Assembly (NCBI RefSeq): GCF_964194155.1
Contig: NC_135889.1
Span: 54,746,001 to 54,810,000 of the forward strand
Length of the DNA stretch: 64,000 nucleotides
Source: Cetorhinus maximus
Lineage: Eukaryota
Reading direction: 5' to 3'
Part shown: positions 1 to 11,141 of the stretch, one piece after another
Numbering within the stretch: position 1 is the stretch's first letter
Layout: each line of letters opens with the position of its first letter
Program-made: the position numbers and the translations under genes
Notes under the pieces: generated by a model
The model's input: the letters and a program-made list of their open reading frames with translations, nothing else
What the model was told of the DNA's origin: nothing
The model's database searches: none

Positions 1-657
1 AAGACCTTACTGAGCAAGGTGCAAAGGTGTCTCACCTGAAAACAAAGGCCAAGAGCTGCGGCTGAGTAGGCTGTCTCTTTCCGAAATTTCGGGCAGAGAG
101 AGAGAGAGAAAGGGGCCTCATGGCAAAAAACTGAAGTCAGTGTGGTCAGCAGAGAGGAAAGTGTGTTTTTGTTGTGGGCAACCGGGCAGAAGGTGAGAGG
201 GAAGACAGTATCTGGTTAAAAATATGCATCCCATGGTAGTCTAAGGAATCCAGAAGATTTGTCCTGGTGTGGCTAGGGGTTGAGGGTGAGGGGGGGGTGA
301 GGAGGAATTGCAAGAATAGGACTTGATGCTGGGAGTCGGTTTGTCTGGAAACTGAGAGAAATGCCTTTTGATGGTCACTTGAAATCTGACTTAGCGAAAT
401 GTGGAGAAGTGAACTTGCTGGGAGCAATGTTGGACTGGCCCTTGTGAAAATATTCTGTGGAGAGTGGGCCGTAAAGTATAACTGGCATGGGGTTTTCTAT
501 CATGTTAAAAAGTTAGAGGGAATATATTTTCTGTAGCTTAGAGTACTGGTTGCCTACAAAGTAATGTTTAATTGATGTTGCTTTTGTTGGTCTTCAGTTG
601 GTCACTGGAATTCAAGTCTCTTGTTTAAAGTTATCGGTCTCTACGGAGATTGTAGCA
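1..657 (+). mobile_element. Probable 3' part of a solo LTR (window starts inside it)
   Basis: Purine-rich segment followed by a TGT/AT-rich R-U5-like region, ending in ...GATTGTAGCA; same architecture as the other solo LTRs in the window. Confidence 0.35.
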
Positions 658-869
658 AATCGAAGGACACATTTAAAACTTCAAAAGTACTATTTTGAAT
701 CGATATACCAGAATAGTTTGAATAGTGATGAGGAATCGGTGTCTATGTTGATTTTTCAGTGATATTGGCCATAAATGCAACACCTTGTTTTTGTTAAATC
801 TATGCCCTCATCATTTTTTCCCTTCTTAGTTTTGAACATTTTCTTTTAATTGCACTTTTATCATAATAA

Positions 870-1660
870 ATAGTGATGCACTTGGGCAGGACAAACAAGG
901 CACGGGAATACATGATGAATGGTAGGACCCTGGGAAATACCGAGGATCAGAGGGACCTTGGTGTACATGTCCACTGGTCCCTTAAGGCAGCAGGACAGGT
1001 AGATAAGGTGGTTAAGAAGGCATATGGGATACTTGCCTCTATTAGCCGAGACATACAATATAAGAGCAGGGAGGTTATGCTGGTAGTATATAAAACGCTG
1101 GTTAGGCCACAGCTAGAGTATTGTGTGCAGTTCTGGAATCCGCATTATAGGAAGGATGTGATTGCAGTAGAGAGAGTGTAGAGGAGATTCACCAGGATGT
1201 TGCCTGGGCTGGAGAGTTTTAGTTATGAGGAGAGATTGGATAGACTGGGGTTATTTTCCCTGGAGCAGAGGAGATTGAGGGGGGACATGATTGCGGTGTA
1301 TAAAATTATGAGGAGCATAGATAGGGTAGACAGGAAGGAACTTTTCCCCTTGGTGGAGGGATCAATAACCAGGGGGCATAGATTTAAGGTGAGGGGCAGG
1401 AGATTTAGAGGGGATGTGAGGAAGAATTTTTTCACCCAGAGGGTGGTGGGAATCTGGAACTCACTGCCTGAAAGGGTGGTAGAGGCAGATACCCTCATAA
1501 CATTTAACAAGTATTTGGATATGCACTTGCGCTGCATTGGTATACAAGGCTATGGGCCTAATGCTGGAAAATGGAATTAGAATAGTTAGGTACTTGTTTG
1601 TCTGGCGCAGACTCAATGGGCCGAAGGGCCTTTTTCTGTGCTGTAGACCTCTGTGACTCT
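870..1660 (+). mobile_element. CR1 LINE (HER1-like), 5'-truncated 3' fragment
   Basis: ORFs 873-1181 and 1197-1580 give CR1 ORF2 C-terminal motifs (RDLGVHV, LVRPQLEYCVQFW, RRLRGDMI, TRGHRFK, FFTQRVVGIWNSLP), split by one stop. Followed by a CR1-type 3' UTR (GGGCCGAAGGGCC...CTGTGCTGTAGACCTCTGTGACTCT). Confidence 0.95.
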
Positions 1661-2174
1661 CTTTTATTTTGACTGTGTTTCTCTCTTTATTTCCTCCATT
1701 ATTGCGGTCCATTTGTTTTCTGAACTTAATTTTTTGCTGTTTTGCTTTTCTTCTGCCATTGATTATTGAGTTTTCATTTTGCAGATATCAAAACAGAGTG
1801 TGTGTCAACAACAGAAGTACTTCCCCAATTCATACACACTGTTTCTTGTAGCATTTTTACAGAAGGTGAAAGGGAATAACCTTGATCAAGTTCCACCTTC
1901 ATGAAACCAGGAATATTTAGACATCACACAAGGAAAGTGGCACTAAAGAGAGTATAAGGATAACCATAGTATCACTGACAAAAGTGTCTACACTTGGAGC
2001 TGGTGTATGTGAAGAAGTTCCCTCTTTTTCATTGGAAATCTTTTTATCTTATATGCATTGTGCCTATGAATTATCAGCTATGCCAGCATGCTTAAGTACA
2101 GTTGCAAGATTCATGAGCAATTACTGTACTATTTTCCATTAAGATCGATGATGAATTTAAACTTGCATCTTCAT

Positions 2175-3429
2175 AGGACAGAATCATTCCAGATTTGCAT
2201 TGTAGTGGGTGGGGAAAAAGGATGTTTTACCCGCTGGTCGCGATGACGGGTTTTTGCGCCATATCATCCCAATCCTGCCTCATTAATCATGCATTCCTGG
2301 GAAACATGGTGTTTCACTGGCAGGGGGCATGTTATTCACCCGTCGCCTCGCTGCTTTCAGGTGCCATATTTAAAATGCAGCCACGTGGTGCGCGTGCCTC
2401 TCAGTGCTTCCAGCCCAGGACTGCTGCACAGAAGACATGGTCGTGAAAGACAAGAAGACTGCAGCCCCTGATTCAGTGACACATCCCCAGGATGCCTTCT
2501 GGACACAGTCGGAGCCCGCCGTGATGCCCTCTACCCCGCTCTGGCCACAGGAGGCCCATCAGTGTTACCACTCCGGCTTGGGAGGTGGTGGGAGCGGTGG
2601 TCAGTACCAACACTGAACAGAAGAGGTTCGCCATCCAGTGCAGAAAGAGGATGAATGATCTCATCCGTGCCACCAGGGTAAGGCAACCATCTCATTACTC
2701 TTAAGCCCATCACACATTCACTGGCATCTCACTCACTGCCAGCTCAAGGGACATCACCACTTATTCACTCTCTCACATCTCCATCTGGACTAATCTCCTC
2801 TGGAGACTGCCTCCTCAGCCCTCACCTTCTTGAGGCCACTTGCACAGATCAGCATGTGTCCCCACACACACCCTGGGATATCCCTCTTCCTCAGTAATGC
2901 CCTAGCTCTCAGCCTCTTCCCTTGCCTGAGGCCACTTCTCCCCCTTCCCCAAACAAGCCATGGCCCTGCAACTGTTGAAAAGCCACCCTCGCCTTACGGC
3001 TGGACTTGTAAGTAGGCACCTGCCCGTGAGCCCTCCTAAAGGTGAAGTGCTGCTGCCTGTGAAGCCTGGCACTGATGACCACGAGTGCTGCCTGAAGCAA
3101 TAAGGCAAACAAGCCTCATAGTCCCGAGCAAAGTGCAGCTCGCCAGGTGCACATCGCTTATTTACAGTTGTGAAGCACGTTGACATGCCCAGATGATCCA
3201 GCGTGGGGGGATGATTCTGGTGAGCTGGACTTATAATGATATTCAGATGTATTACAATAAAGTTCCCGATGTGCGGTGGAGGGAAATGTGACCCGCAATT
3301 GATGGGCGGTTTGGACGATTGCAAACTGATTTCTCAACATCGTGAAACTGATTTTTGGCCTTCCTGCCACATTGTCTGCACATGCCTGTCATGATGCCTG
3401 ATGCCAGCGGGCACAGAAAATTCTGGCCA
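2175..3429 (+). mobile_element. Non-autonomous PIF/Harbinger element retaining a decayed Myb/SANT exon
   Basis: Imperfect TIRs (AGGACAGAATC at left, GAAAATTCTGGCCA at right), flanks CAT/CAG. Frameshifted Myb/SANT-like sequence from 2437 (MVVKDKKTAAP..FSD ... EVVGAVVSTNTEQKRFAIQCRKRMNDLIRATR), then a GTAAG donor at 2678. Confidence 0.75.
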
Positions 3430-4830
3430 CAGAATTGAAGGATGGTTACAGCACAGAAAGAGACCGTTTGATTTGTCGTGTTCTTGATGGCTCTCTGCAA
3501 GAGCAAATCAGCTAGCCCAACTCCCCAGCTCTTTCCCCCTAGCCCTGCAAATTATTTTTCTTCAGCTGTTTTTCCAATCCCCTTTTAAAAGGCATGATTG
3601 AATCTTCCCCCACCACAGTCGAGGCAGTGCATTCCAGATCCTAACTACCTGCTGCATAAAATAGTTCTTCCTTGTGTTTCCTATGGTTCTTCGGTCATTC
3701 ATCTTATAACATTGTCACCTGGTTCTCAACCCTGCCGCCAATTAGAACAGTTTCTCTTTATCTGCTCTGCCTAGACCCCTCATAATTTTGAAGATCTCTA
3801 TCAGGTCCTCTCTCAGCCTTCTCTAAGGAGAACAGCTTCAATCTTTCCAGTCAACCCACATAACTGAGGTCCTTCATCCCTGGAACCATCCATATAAATC
3901 TCATCTGTGGCCACTCCAAAGCCTTCACATCCTTCCTAAAGTGCGGTGCTTAGAATTGGACAGAATCTCCAGTTGAGGCCGAAGTAGTGTTTTCTAAAGG
4001 TTCATCATAATTTCCTTGCTTTTGTACTCTATACCACTGTGGATAAAACCAAAGATTCCATATGTCTTTTTAACCGGTTTCTCAACCTACCCTGCCACAT
4101 TCAACGATTTCTGTACATATTCCGCCAGGTCTCTCTGTTCTGCAACTCCTTTAGAATTGCACCCTTTATTTTGCTTTTCCTTGATCCCCCTACCAAGGTG
4201 TATCATTTCACACTTGTTACTGATCCCTGGGGAACTCCACTTGTTCCGTCTAGTCCAAAAAACAACCATTTACCACTACTCTGTTTCCTGTGACTCAACA
4301 TTGTATCCATGTAGCCGCTGTCCCTTTTATTCCATTAGTGTCAACTTGCTAGCAAGCTTATTATGTAGCACTTTAATAAACGCTTTTTGGAAGTCCATGT
4401 AAACCAAATCATATTACCCTCATCAATTATCTCTGTTGTCGCATCAAAAACTCAATCAAGTTAATTAAATGTGATTTGCCTTTGACCATTCCCTGCTGCC
4501 TTTTCTTAATTAATCTGCACTTTCCAAAGTGACTGTTACGAATTATCCTTTCTAAAGGTTTTCTTACCACCCAGGTTAAACTGGTGTAGTTGCTGGATTT
4601 ATCTTTACACCCTTGAACAGATTCTCGCAATTCTCCAATCCTCTGGCCAATTGGAAGATTATGGCCAGTGCTTCTGCAATTTCCTCCCCCACTTCCCTAA
4701 GTAATCTTGGATGCATCCCATCTCTCAGGTGACTTGTCAACTTTAAGTACAGCCAGTCTTTCCACCTCCTTATTTTTTAAATCAATTTTTAGTCCATTCA
4801 TTGTCTCAAACTACCTCCTCCTTCACTATG
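3430..4830 (-). mobile_element. Decayed CR1 LINE with internal deletions
   Basis: CR1 3' tail near 3430. Minus-strand remnants KCEMIHLGR, EQRDLAEYVQKSL, NYTSLTWVVRKPLERII, QQGMVKGKSHLINLIEF. Confidence 0.85.
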
Positions 4831-7800
4831 ACATTAAGAGAAATTTTTCACTGTTACAAGTGCAACGAGCATTTACAACTAGTACTTTTATCTGACTCAT
4901 CTCTCACTTTCTTGGCAAGAATCTTGACAAGAAGATTCACAGCTTGTACAAAGAGGCTTGCTAATTGCATATTAAGTTTAGTTCAAGTTAAATTATGGGC
5001 ACTGCTCATTGGAGCAGACTGAGAAAGGAATCACTGTTTGCAAATGATTTCAAATTGAAATGTATATAAAACTTGCGTTTTGAAAAGTCTAATTTCTGAA
5101 TGGTATATTTAAGATATAGGTGGACTTATCCAAAAGTAAGTCTAAACAATTGTAACAAAAAAATATCCATCTTTAGTTAGTATGGTTTCAAATAGCTAGA
5201 GTTTTGAAGAGAACCTTGAAGCTTTTATATTCTCTATGCAACATTGTATCCTGAAGGATGTGTTTTGTGACTGCAAAATGTCTACCAGTGGTTCAGGCAT
5301 TGCTAAATCCAGCTGATTCACCAAAATAAACTGTTGCATTCCAAGAAATTTAAGAAGGAAATTTTTGCAAAGTACTAAATTACTTCCTGATTCCAGTTCT
5401 CTTGTGTAGCTATTGTATTGTTTAAATTTCCTTTTGTGTATTATTTTGCATGTAAATCCAGGACACACTGTTGCAGCCTGTATAATATAGTACAATTGTG
5501 TGATATTTTCTGCCTTTGACAGGGTCCCATGTATTCTCTAGAAAACCATTCCTTGCAATCAGTTAATTGCAAGACCTGGGCTATGCTAATTTAAACACAA
5601 CAGCAAATGAAGTCTTATGTTCATAACATTGGCATAGAAATTTCTGGTAAATGCCAATTATTAAACGTTATGTACATTGTACACAATGGCAGAATCCTCA
5701 TGGCACCATATCCATACTCCAGTCTGAACTACATGTATATTAAACTTTTAGAATCAAATGAAAAAAGAGAAAATGGACTTAACATGAGGTAACAGTTTTA
5801 ATGACACAAGGATGCAAAGTGAGAAATGGAGTGTTTTCAAATGTTAAAAAAACTAAAGACACACTCAAAGGACAGAGAAGTTCGCAGTGTTTTCAACAAT
5901 TACACTTTCAACATAGTTATGACTGATGAGCTAATTTAACAATGACGTGTATTAAATTATCCAACTTGTTGGAGTTCCACGTTGTTGTTCATGAGAGACA
6001 AGTTTAACTGTTGTATTAACTGCAACATATGGTTAACACCCTTAACTTCTGTTATCCAGCAGATGGCAGTCAAAGCATTTGATCTGATGATGTGTTTAGG
6101 CCTGCTTGCTGTGCATTTTGATCAGACTATCTTCTATCTTGATTTTTTTACTGCATATGCTTGGATTTTGCCACTGGGCATTTACATATCTAACTGAGAT
6201 TTTAGTGCGATTATTTTTATTGGCATCCGTCCATCTTGGGAGATTGGTGTATATCACTTGCAAATATCCTAATGTTTTAGTGATTTAAAAAATTTTGTTT
6301 TACGTTAAAGTACATTTGTTGTAGTTAGTGGCTCAAGGCTTTATATTCAGACTTGGTAATTGTGTGGATAACTGCACTTTTGGTGGTGAGGACATTTTTC
6401 AGTGCTTTCAGCACTGTGATATGTTTAATTATGAATGTAACGTGGCAACAAACAGCTGTTGATGAAAAAACACCTATTTGGGCACATGTTGAGAAGATAA
6501 TCCCTTTAACTGAAGATGTCTAGATATTACATTCTTTCTGCTATCAGTGTTCCAAGTCCTAATTTTATTACCATTAAAGGTTTAACTAATGTCTCAGAAT
6601 TTTCAATTTGAAGTAAACATTTAAGCTCAAAACCTGTAACCTATCAGATGGATTGTGAAGCAAGTAATTTAACATGTCTGAGATGTGTTTTTTATTAAAA
6701 AGGTTTATTCAATGTTATATTACTGCAGTATTCCCATTTAATATTTAGGAAAAATTGCAGTTCCAGCTATTCAATGAAGAGATTTATCTTTCAGTGGTCC
6801 TTCGACATGACTATCTTAACCACAAGACCCAGAAATTGAAAGAGTACGATATAGAACAGAAAGTTTCAGAAACCTTTGGAGTTATACCAAGAAAGGTGAT
6901 TAGGAAGCATGATGTAGAAAATACTGAAGAGAAGAAAGGGGTCAAAAGCTTCAAAGTCAAGAGGGAGGAGGGAATGTGTTAAGAAATGTGGAATGTGCAA
7001 TGAATCCTCATGGATCAGGGAGACTATATGGGATAGAATTTTTGACCTTACAAGGGATGAAGATGGAGAACTCTGACCAACCTGATTTTGAGAAAGGCCC
7101 AAGAAGCAAGATTTAGACTGAACCCAAGAGAACGATTACCTACTGCACAACAGGCCTGTGTGCTCTCTGGGAATGTCAGAGATGCTCAAAGGGCATTCCT
7201 CCGTTTCGGAGTAGTGTTCAAGTCTTGCGTAGACAAGACACCCTCCCAGAATTGCACATGCGTGAGGGTAAGATTGATTTCAATTGTGATGCTCCACACC
7301 CCACATGTGAGTTATCTTTAACCAATCAACTGTCCAAGCTTCACATGTGATAATATCCATTTAAATGAGGCTTTGGAAGGTGCGGATGCCCATAGAACTG
7401 TACTCCAGCAATGAGTGATTGGCTTAAGGAGATAAAGTGAAAGGAAAAAATGGCTTTGAAAACAAAGCTGCTTCCAGTGTGCCACCGATCTGAGTTTGAG
7501 CTTCAAGCCATGTCACAAAGATTTATTATTAATTCTATGAACTGTATTTGCTCAAATCTCAGCATCATTATATTACCATCCGTGGCAATCAATGGGCAAG
7601 GCTCCTTGCAGCTAGTGCATACTTGGAAGGTGATTCCTCAAATTTCTGTCCTTCACTCATTTCACTGATTCAATAGTATTTTGCATCACAATATTAGAAA
7701 TAGGAGCAGGAGTAGGCCTTATAGCTACGCCATCCAATAAGATCATGGCTAAACTTTAAATCGACTCCGCTTTCCCATCAATTTAATTCCCTGTCATTCA

Positions 7801-8402
7801 GTTTCTAATTCATGGAAGTAACTAAAGATGTGTCAGCACGAATGTCTATAGAGCACTATGCTCCAGTGTTGAGAAAACTGTAGAAGTTATTTTTCAGTTC
7901 TGAAATGTAAATGACATATTAATCGATACACTTAGAGAATTTCAGAATTTTCACTTCTTACAAGATTTATCAGTATCAAAACACATCCTTTCAGAGATTA
8001 AATAAATCCCAGCCCATGATGGTGCAAATTAAATATAGTCTTTTGGAATTACATGGAATATACGGCACCGGAACAGTTAATTTGGCTCAGCCAGTCCATG
8101 CTGACATTTGTGCTATACTTAAACCTCTTCCCAGCCTCCTCCATCTAATTCTCAGCATACCCCACTATGCCTTTCTTCGTCATATGTTTATTTAGTCTCC
8201 CCTTAAATCCATCTATACAGTTCACCCCCCACCCCCGTATTCACCTGTGGTTATCAAGTTCCAAATTCTCATACTATCTGGGTAAAATTTCTTCTGAATT
8301 CCCCATTTGATTTCTTGGTGACTATCTTATATTGATGGCCTCAAGTTTTTTCTCTCCTGCAGTGGAAACACTCTGTCTACTTTATCAAAGCATTTCATCA
8401 TT

Positions 8403-9580
8403 TGTTTTTATTCATTCATGGGATGTGAGCATCACTGGCAAGGTCAATGTTTTATTGCCACCCCTAATTGCCCTTTGGTGGTGAGCTGCAGCCTTGAACT
8501 GTCTGTAGTCCATGTGGTATAGGTATAGGTACACCCACAGTGCTGTTAGGGAGTTCCAGAATTTTGACCCAGCGACTGTGAAGGAATGGTGATTCTGACG
8601 TCAGGATGGCGTCTAATTTGAAGAGGAACTTGCAGGTGGTGGTGTTCCCATGCACCTGCTGCCCTTGTCCTTCTAGGTGGCAGAGCCCACAGAGTTGGAA
8701 GGTGCTGTCGAAGGAGCCTTGGCAAGTTGCTGCAGCCAAGGTGTTCTGATGGTGAATGAGGTTGATTTGTCCTTGTGGTGTCAAGCTTCATGAGTGTTGT
8801 TGGAGCTACATTCATCCAAGCAGAGGAGAATATTCCATTGCATTCCTAAATTGTGTCTTGTAGATCTTGGACAGGTTTTGGTGAGTCAGGAGGTGAGTTA
8901 CTCGCTGCAGAATTCCAGCCTTTGATCTGCCCTTGTAGCCACAATATTTATATGACTGGTCCACTTGAGTTTCTGATCAATGGTAACTCCCAGAATGTTG
9001 ATAGTGGGGGATTCAGCGATGGTAATGCCATTGAACATCAAGGGGCGATGGTTAGATTCTCTCTTGTTGGAGATGTTATTGTCTGCCACTTGTATGTTGT
9101 GAATGTTACTTGCCACTTATCAGCCTAAGCCTGATACAGGACTAGTCTTGCTGCATGCAGGCATGGACTGTTTCAGTATCAGAAGAGTTGTAAATTTTAC
9201 CAAAGACTGCATGATCATCAGTAAACATCCCCATCTTAGACCTTATGTTGGAGGGAAGGTTATTGGTGAAGCAGCTGAAGATTGTTGGGTGAATGAAGAA
9301 CTCCTACAGCTATGTCCTGGGGCTGAGATGATTAAACTCCAACAACTACAGTCATCTTCCTTTGTGCAGATATGACTACAGCAGTGAAGAGTTTTTCCTT
9401 GATTCCCATTGACTTCCATTTTAATAAGTCTCCTCAATGCCGCACTCGGTCAAATGCTATCTTGATGCCAAGGGCTGTTACTCTGACCCCACTGTTGAAA
9501 TTCAGCTATTTTGTCCATGCTTGAACCATGGGTTTTATGCATTTTGGAACTGTGTGGTCGTGGCAGAATCCAAACTGAGC
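8403..9580 (-). mobile_element. LINE family B (CR1/L2-group RT), 5'-truncated
   Basis: ORF 8898-9116 (ISNKRESNHRPLMFNGITIAESPTINILGVTIDQKLKWTSHI) and a 3' tail (GGGCAATTAGGGGTGGCAATAAA...CACATCCCATGAATGAATAAAAA on minus) shared with the copies at 24.8, 29.2 and 51.4 kb. Confidence 0.9.
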
Positions 9581-9864
9581 CTTAACCTCCTCTATAATAT
9601 CACCCCTTAGCTTTCTCTTTGCAAACGAAAAGCAAAACATTCTGTTCAACCTTTCCTGATAGGTATAACCTCACATTTCTCGTATCATCCTTGTAAATCC
9701 CTTTTGAACCTTCTCCAGTGTCTCTGTTGTTGCGATCCCCCATTGAGACCAATAACTTTTAAAAAGAGATTTAAATTCCCAGTGACCAACTCAAATACAA
9801 CAAGATTTAATGTATTAAGACTTTTCCTGTAACAAACAAACTAAAATCATCGACTACATCGACT

Positions 9865-10731
9865 TACCTCGACTACAGCTCCTCACACCCCGCTTCCTGT
9901 AAGGACTCCATCCCATTCTCTCAGTTCCTTCGCCTCCGTCGCATCTGTTCTGATGACGCTACCTTCAAAAACAGTTCCTCTGACATGTCCTCCTTCTTCC
10001 TTAACCAAGGTTTTCCACCCACGGTGGTTGACAGGGCCCTCAACCGTGTCCGGCCCATCTCCCGCGCATCCACCCTCACGCCTTCTCCTCCCTCCCAGAA
10101 ACATGATAGGGTCCCCCTTGTCCTCACTTATCACCCCACCAGCCTCCGCGTTCAAAGGATCATCCTCCGCCATTTCCGCCAACTCCAGCATGATGCCACC
10201 ACCAAACACATCTTCCCTTCACCCCTCCTGGCGGCATTCCGTAGGGATCGTTCCCTCCGGGACACCCTGGTCCACTCCTCCATCACCCCCTACTCCTCAA
10301 CCCCCACCTATGGCACCTCCCCATGCCCACGCAGAAGATGCAACACCTGCCCCTTCACTTCCTCTCTCCTCACCGTCCAAGGGCCCAAACACTCCTTTCA
10401 AGTGAAGCAGCATTTCACTTGCATTTCACCTAACTTAGTCTACTGCATTCGTTGCTCCCAATGCGGTCTCCTCTACATTGGAGAGACCAAACGCAAACTG
10501 GGTGACCGCTTTGCAGAACACTTGCGGTCTGTCCGCAAGAAAGACCCAAACCTCCCTGTCGCTTGCCATTTTAACACTCCACCCTGTTCTCTTGCCCACA
10601 TGTCTGTCCTTGGCTTGCTGCATTGTTCCAGTGAAGCCCAACGCAAACTGGAGGAACAGCACCTCATCTTCCGACTAGGCACTTTACAGCCTTCCGGGCT
10701 GAATATTGAATTCAACAACTTTAGATCTTAA
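9865..10731 (+). CDS. Partial Penelope polyprotein: RT C-terminal/thumb region plus GIY-YIG endonuclease (5'-truncated, frame open)
   Basis: Uninterrupted frame YLDYSSSHPASCKDSIPFSQFLRLRRICS...CPRRRCNTC...NLVYCIRCSQCGLLYIGETKRKLGDRFAEH...LEEQHLIFRLGTLQPSGLN. Confidence 0.9.
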   Translation, partial: YLDYSSSHPASCKDSIPFSQFLRLRRICSDDATFKNSSSDMSSFFLNQGFPPTVVDRALNRVRPISRASTLTPSPPSQKHDRVPLVLTYHPTSLRVQRIILRHFRQLQHDATTKHIFPSPLLAAFRRDRSLRDTLVHSSITPYSSTPTYGTSPCPRRRCNTCPFTSSLLTVQGPKHSFQVKQHFTCISPNLVYCIRCSQCGLLYIGETKRKLGDRFAEHLRSVRKKDPNLPVACHFNTPPCSLAHMSVLGLLHCSSEAQRKLEEQHLIFRLGTLQPSGLNIEFNNFRS

Positions 10732-11100
10732 ACTCCCTCCCCCCATCCCCACCCCGTTTCTTCCCCCTCCCTTTTGTTTTTGTCAATAATTTATATAGAT
10801 TTTTCTTTTCCCACCTATTTCCATTATTTTTAAATCTACAACTAATACCTTGTCAGTCTTTCCACCCCACCCCCACTAGAGCTGTACCTTGAGTGTCCTG
10901 CCATCCATTCTTAATTAGCACATTTTCTTAGATAATATCACTACCTTCAACACCTCTTTGATCCTTTTGTCTGTGACATCTTTTGATTATCTGCTCCTAT
11001 CACTGCTTGCTTGTCCCCACAACCACCCCACCCTCAACTTCTCTCCCCCCGCCCCCCCACCTTAAACCAGCTTATATTTCACCCCTCTCCTAACTATACT

Positions 11101-11141
11101 TCAGTTCTGTTGAAGGGTCGTGTGGACCCGAAATGTCGACT
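11101..11141 (+). ncRNA. Putative minimal type-I hammerhead ribozyme motif (variant core) in Penelope pseudo-LTR
   Basis: AGTT-CTGTTGA-A-GGGTC(GTGTG)GACCC-GAA-ATGT-C-GACT: 4-bp stem I, 5-bp stem II; core deviates from CUGANGA. Confidence 0.55.
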
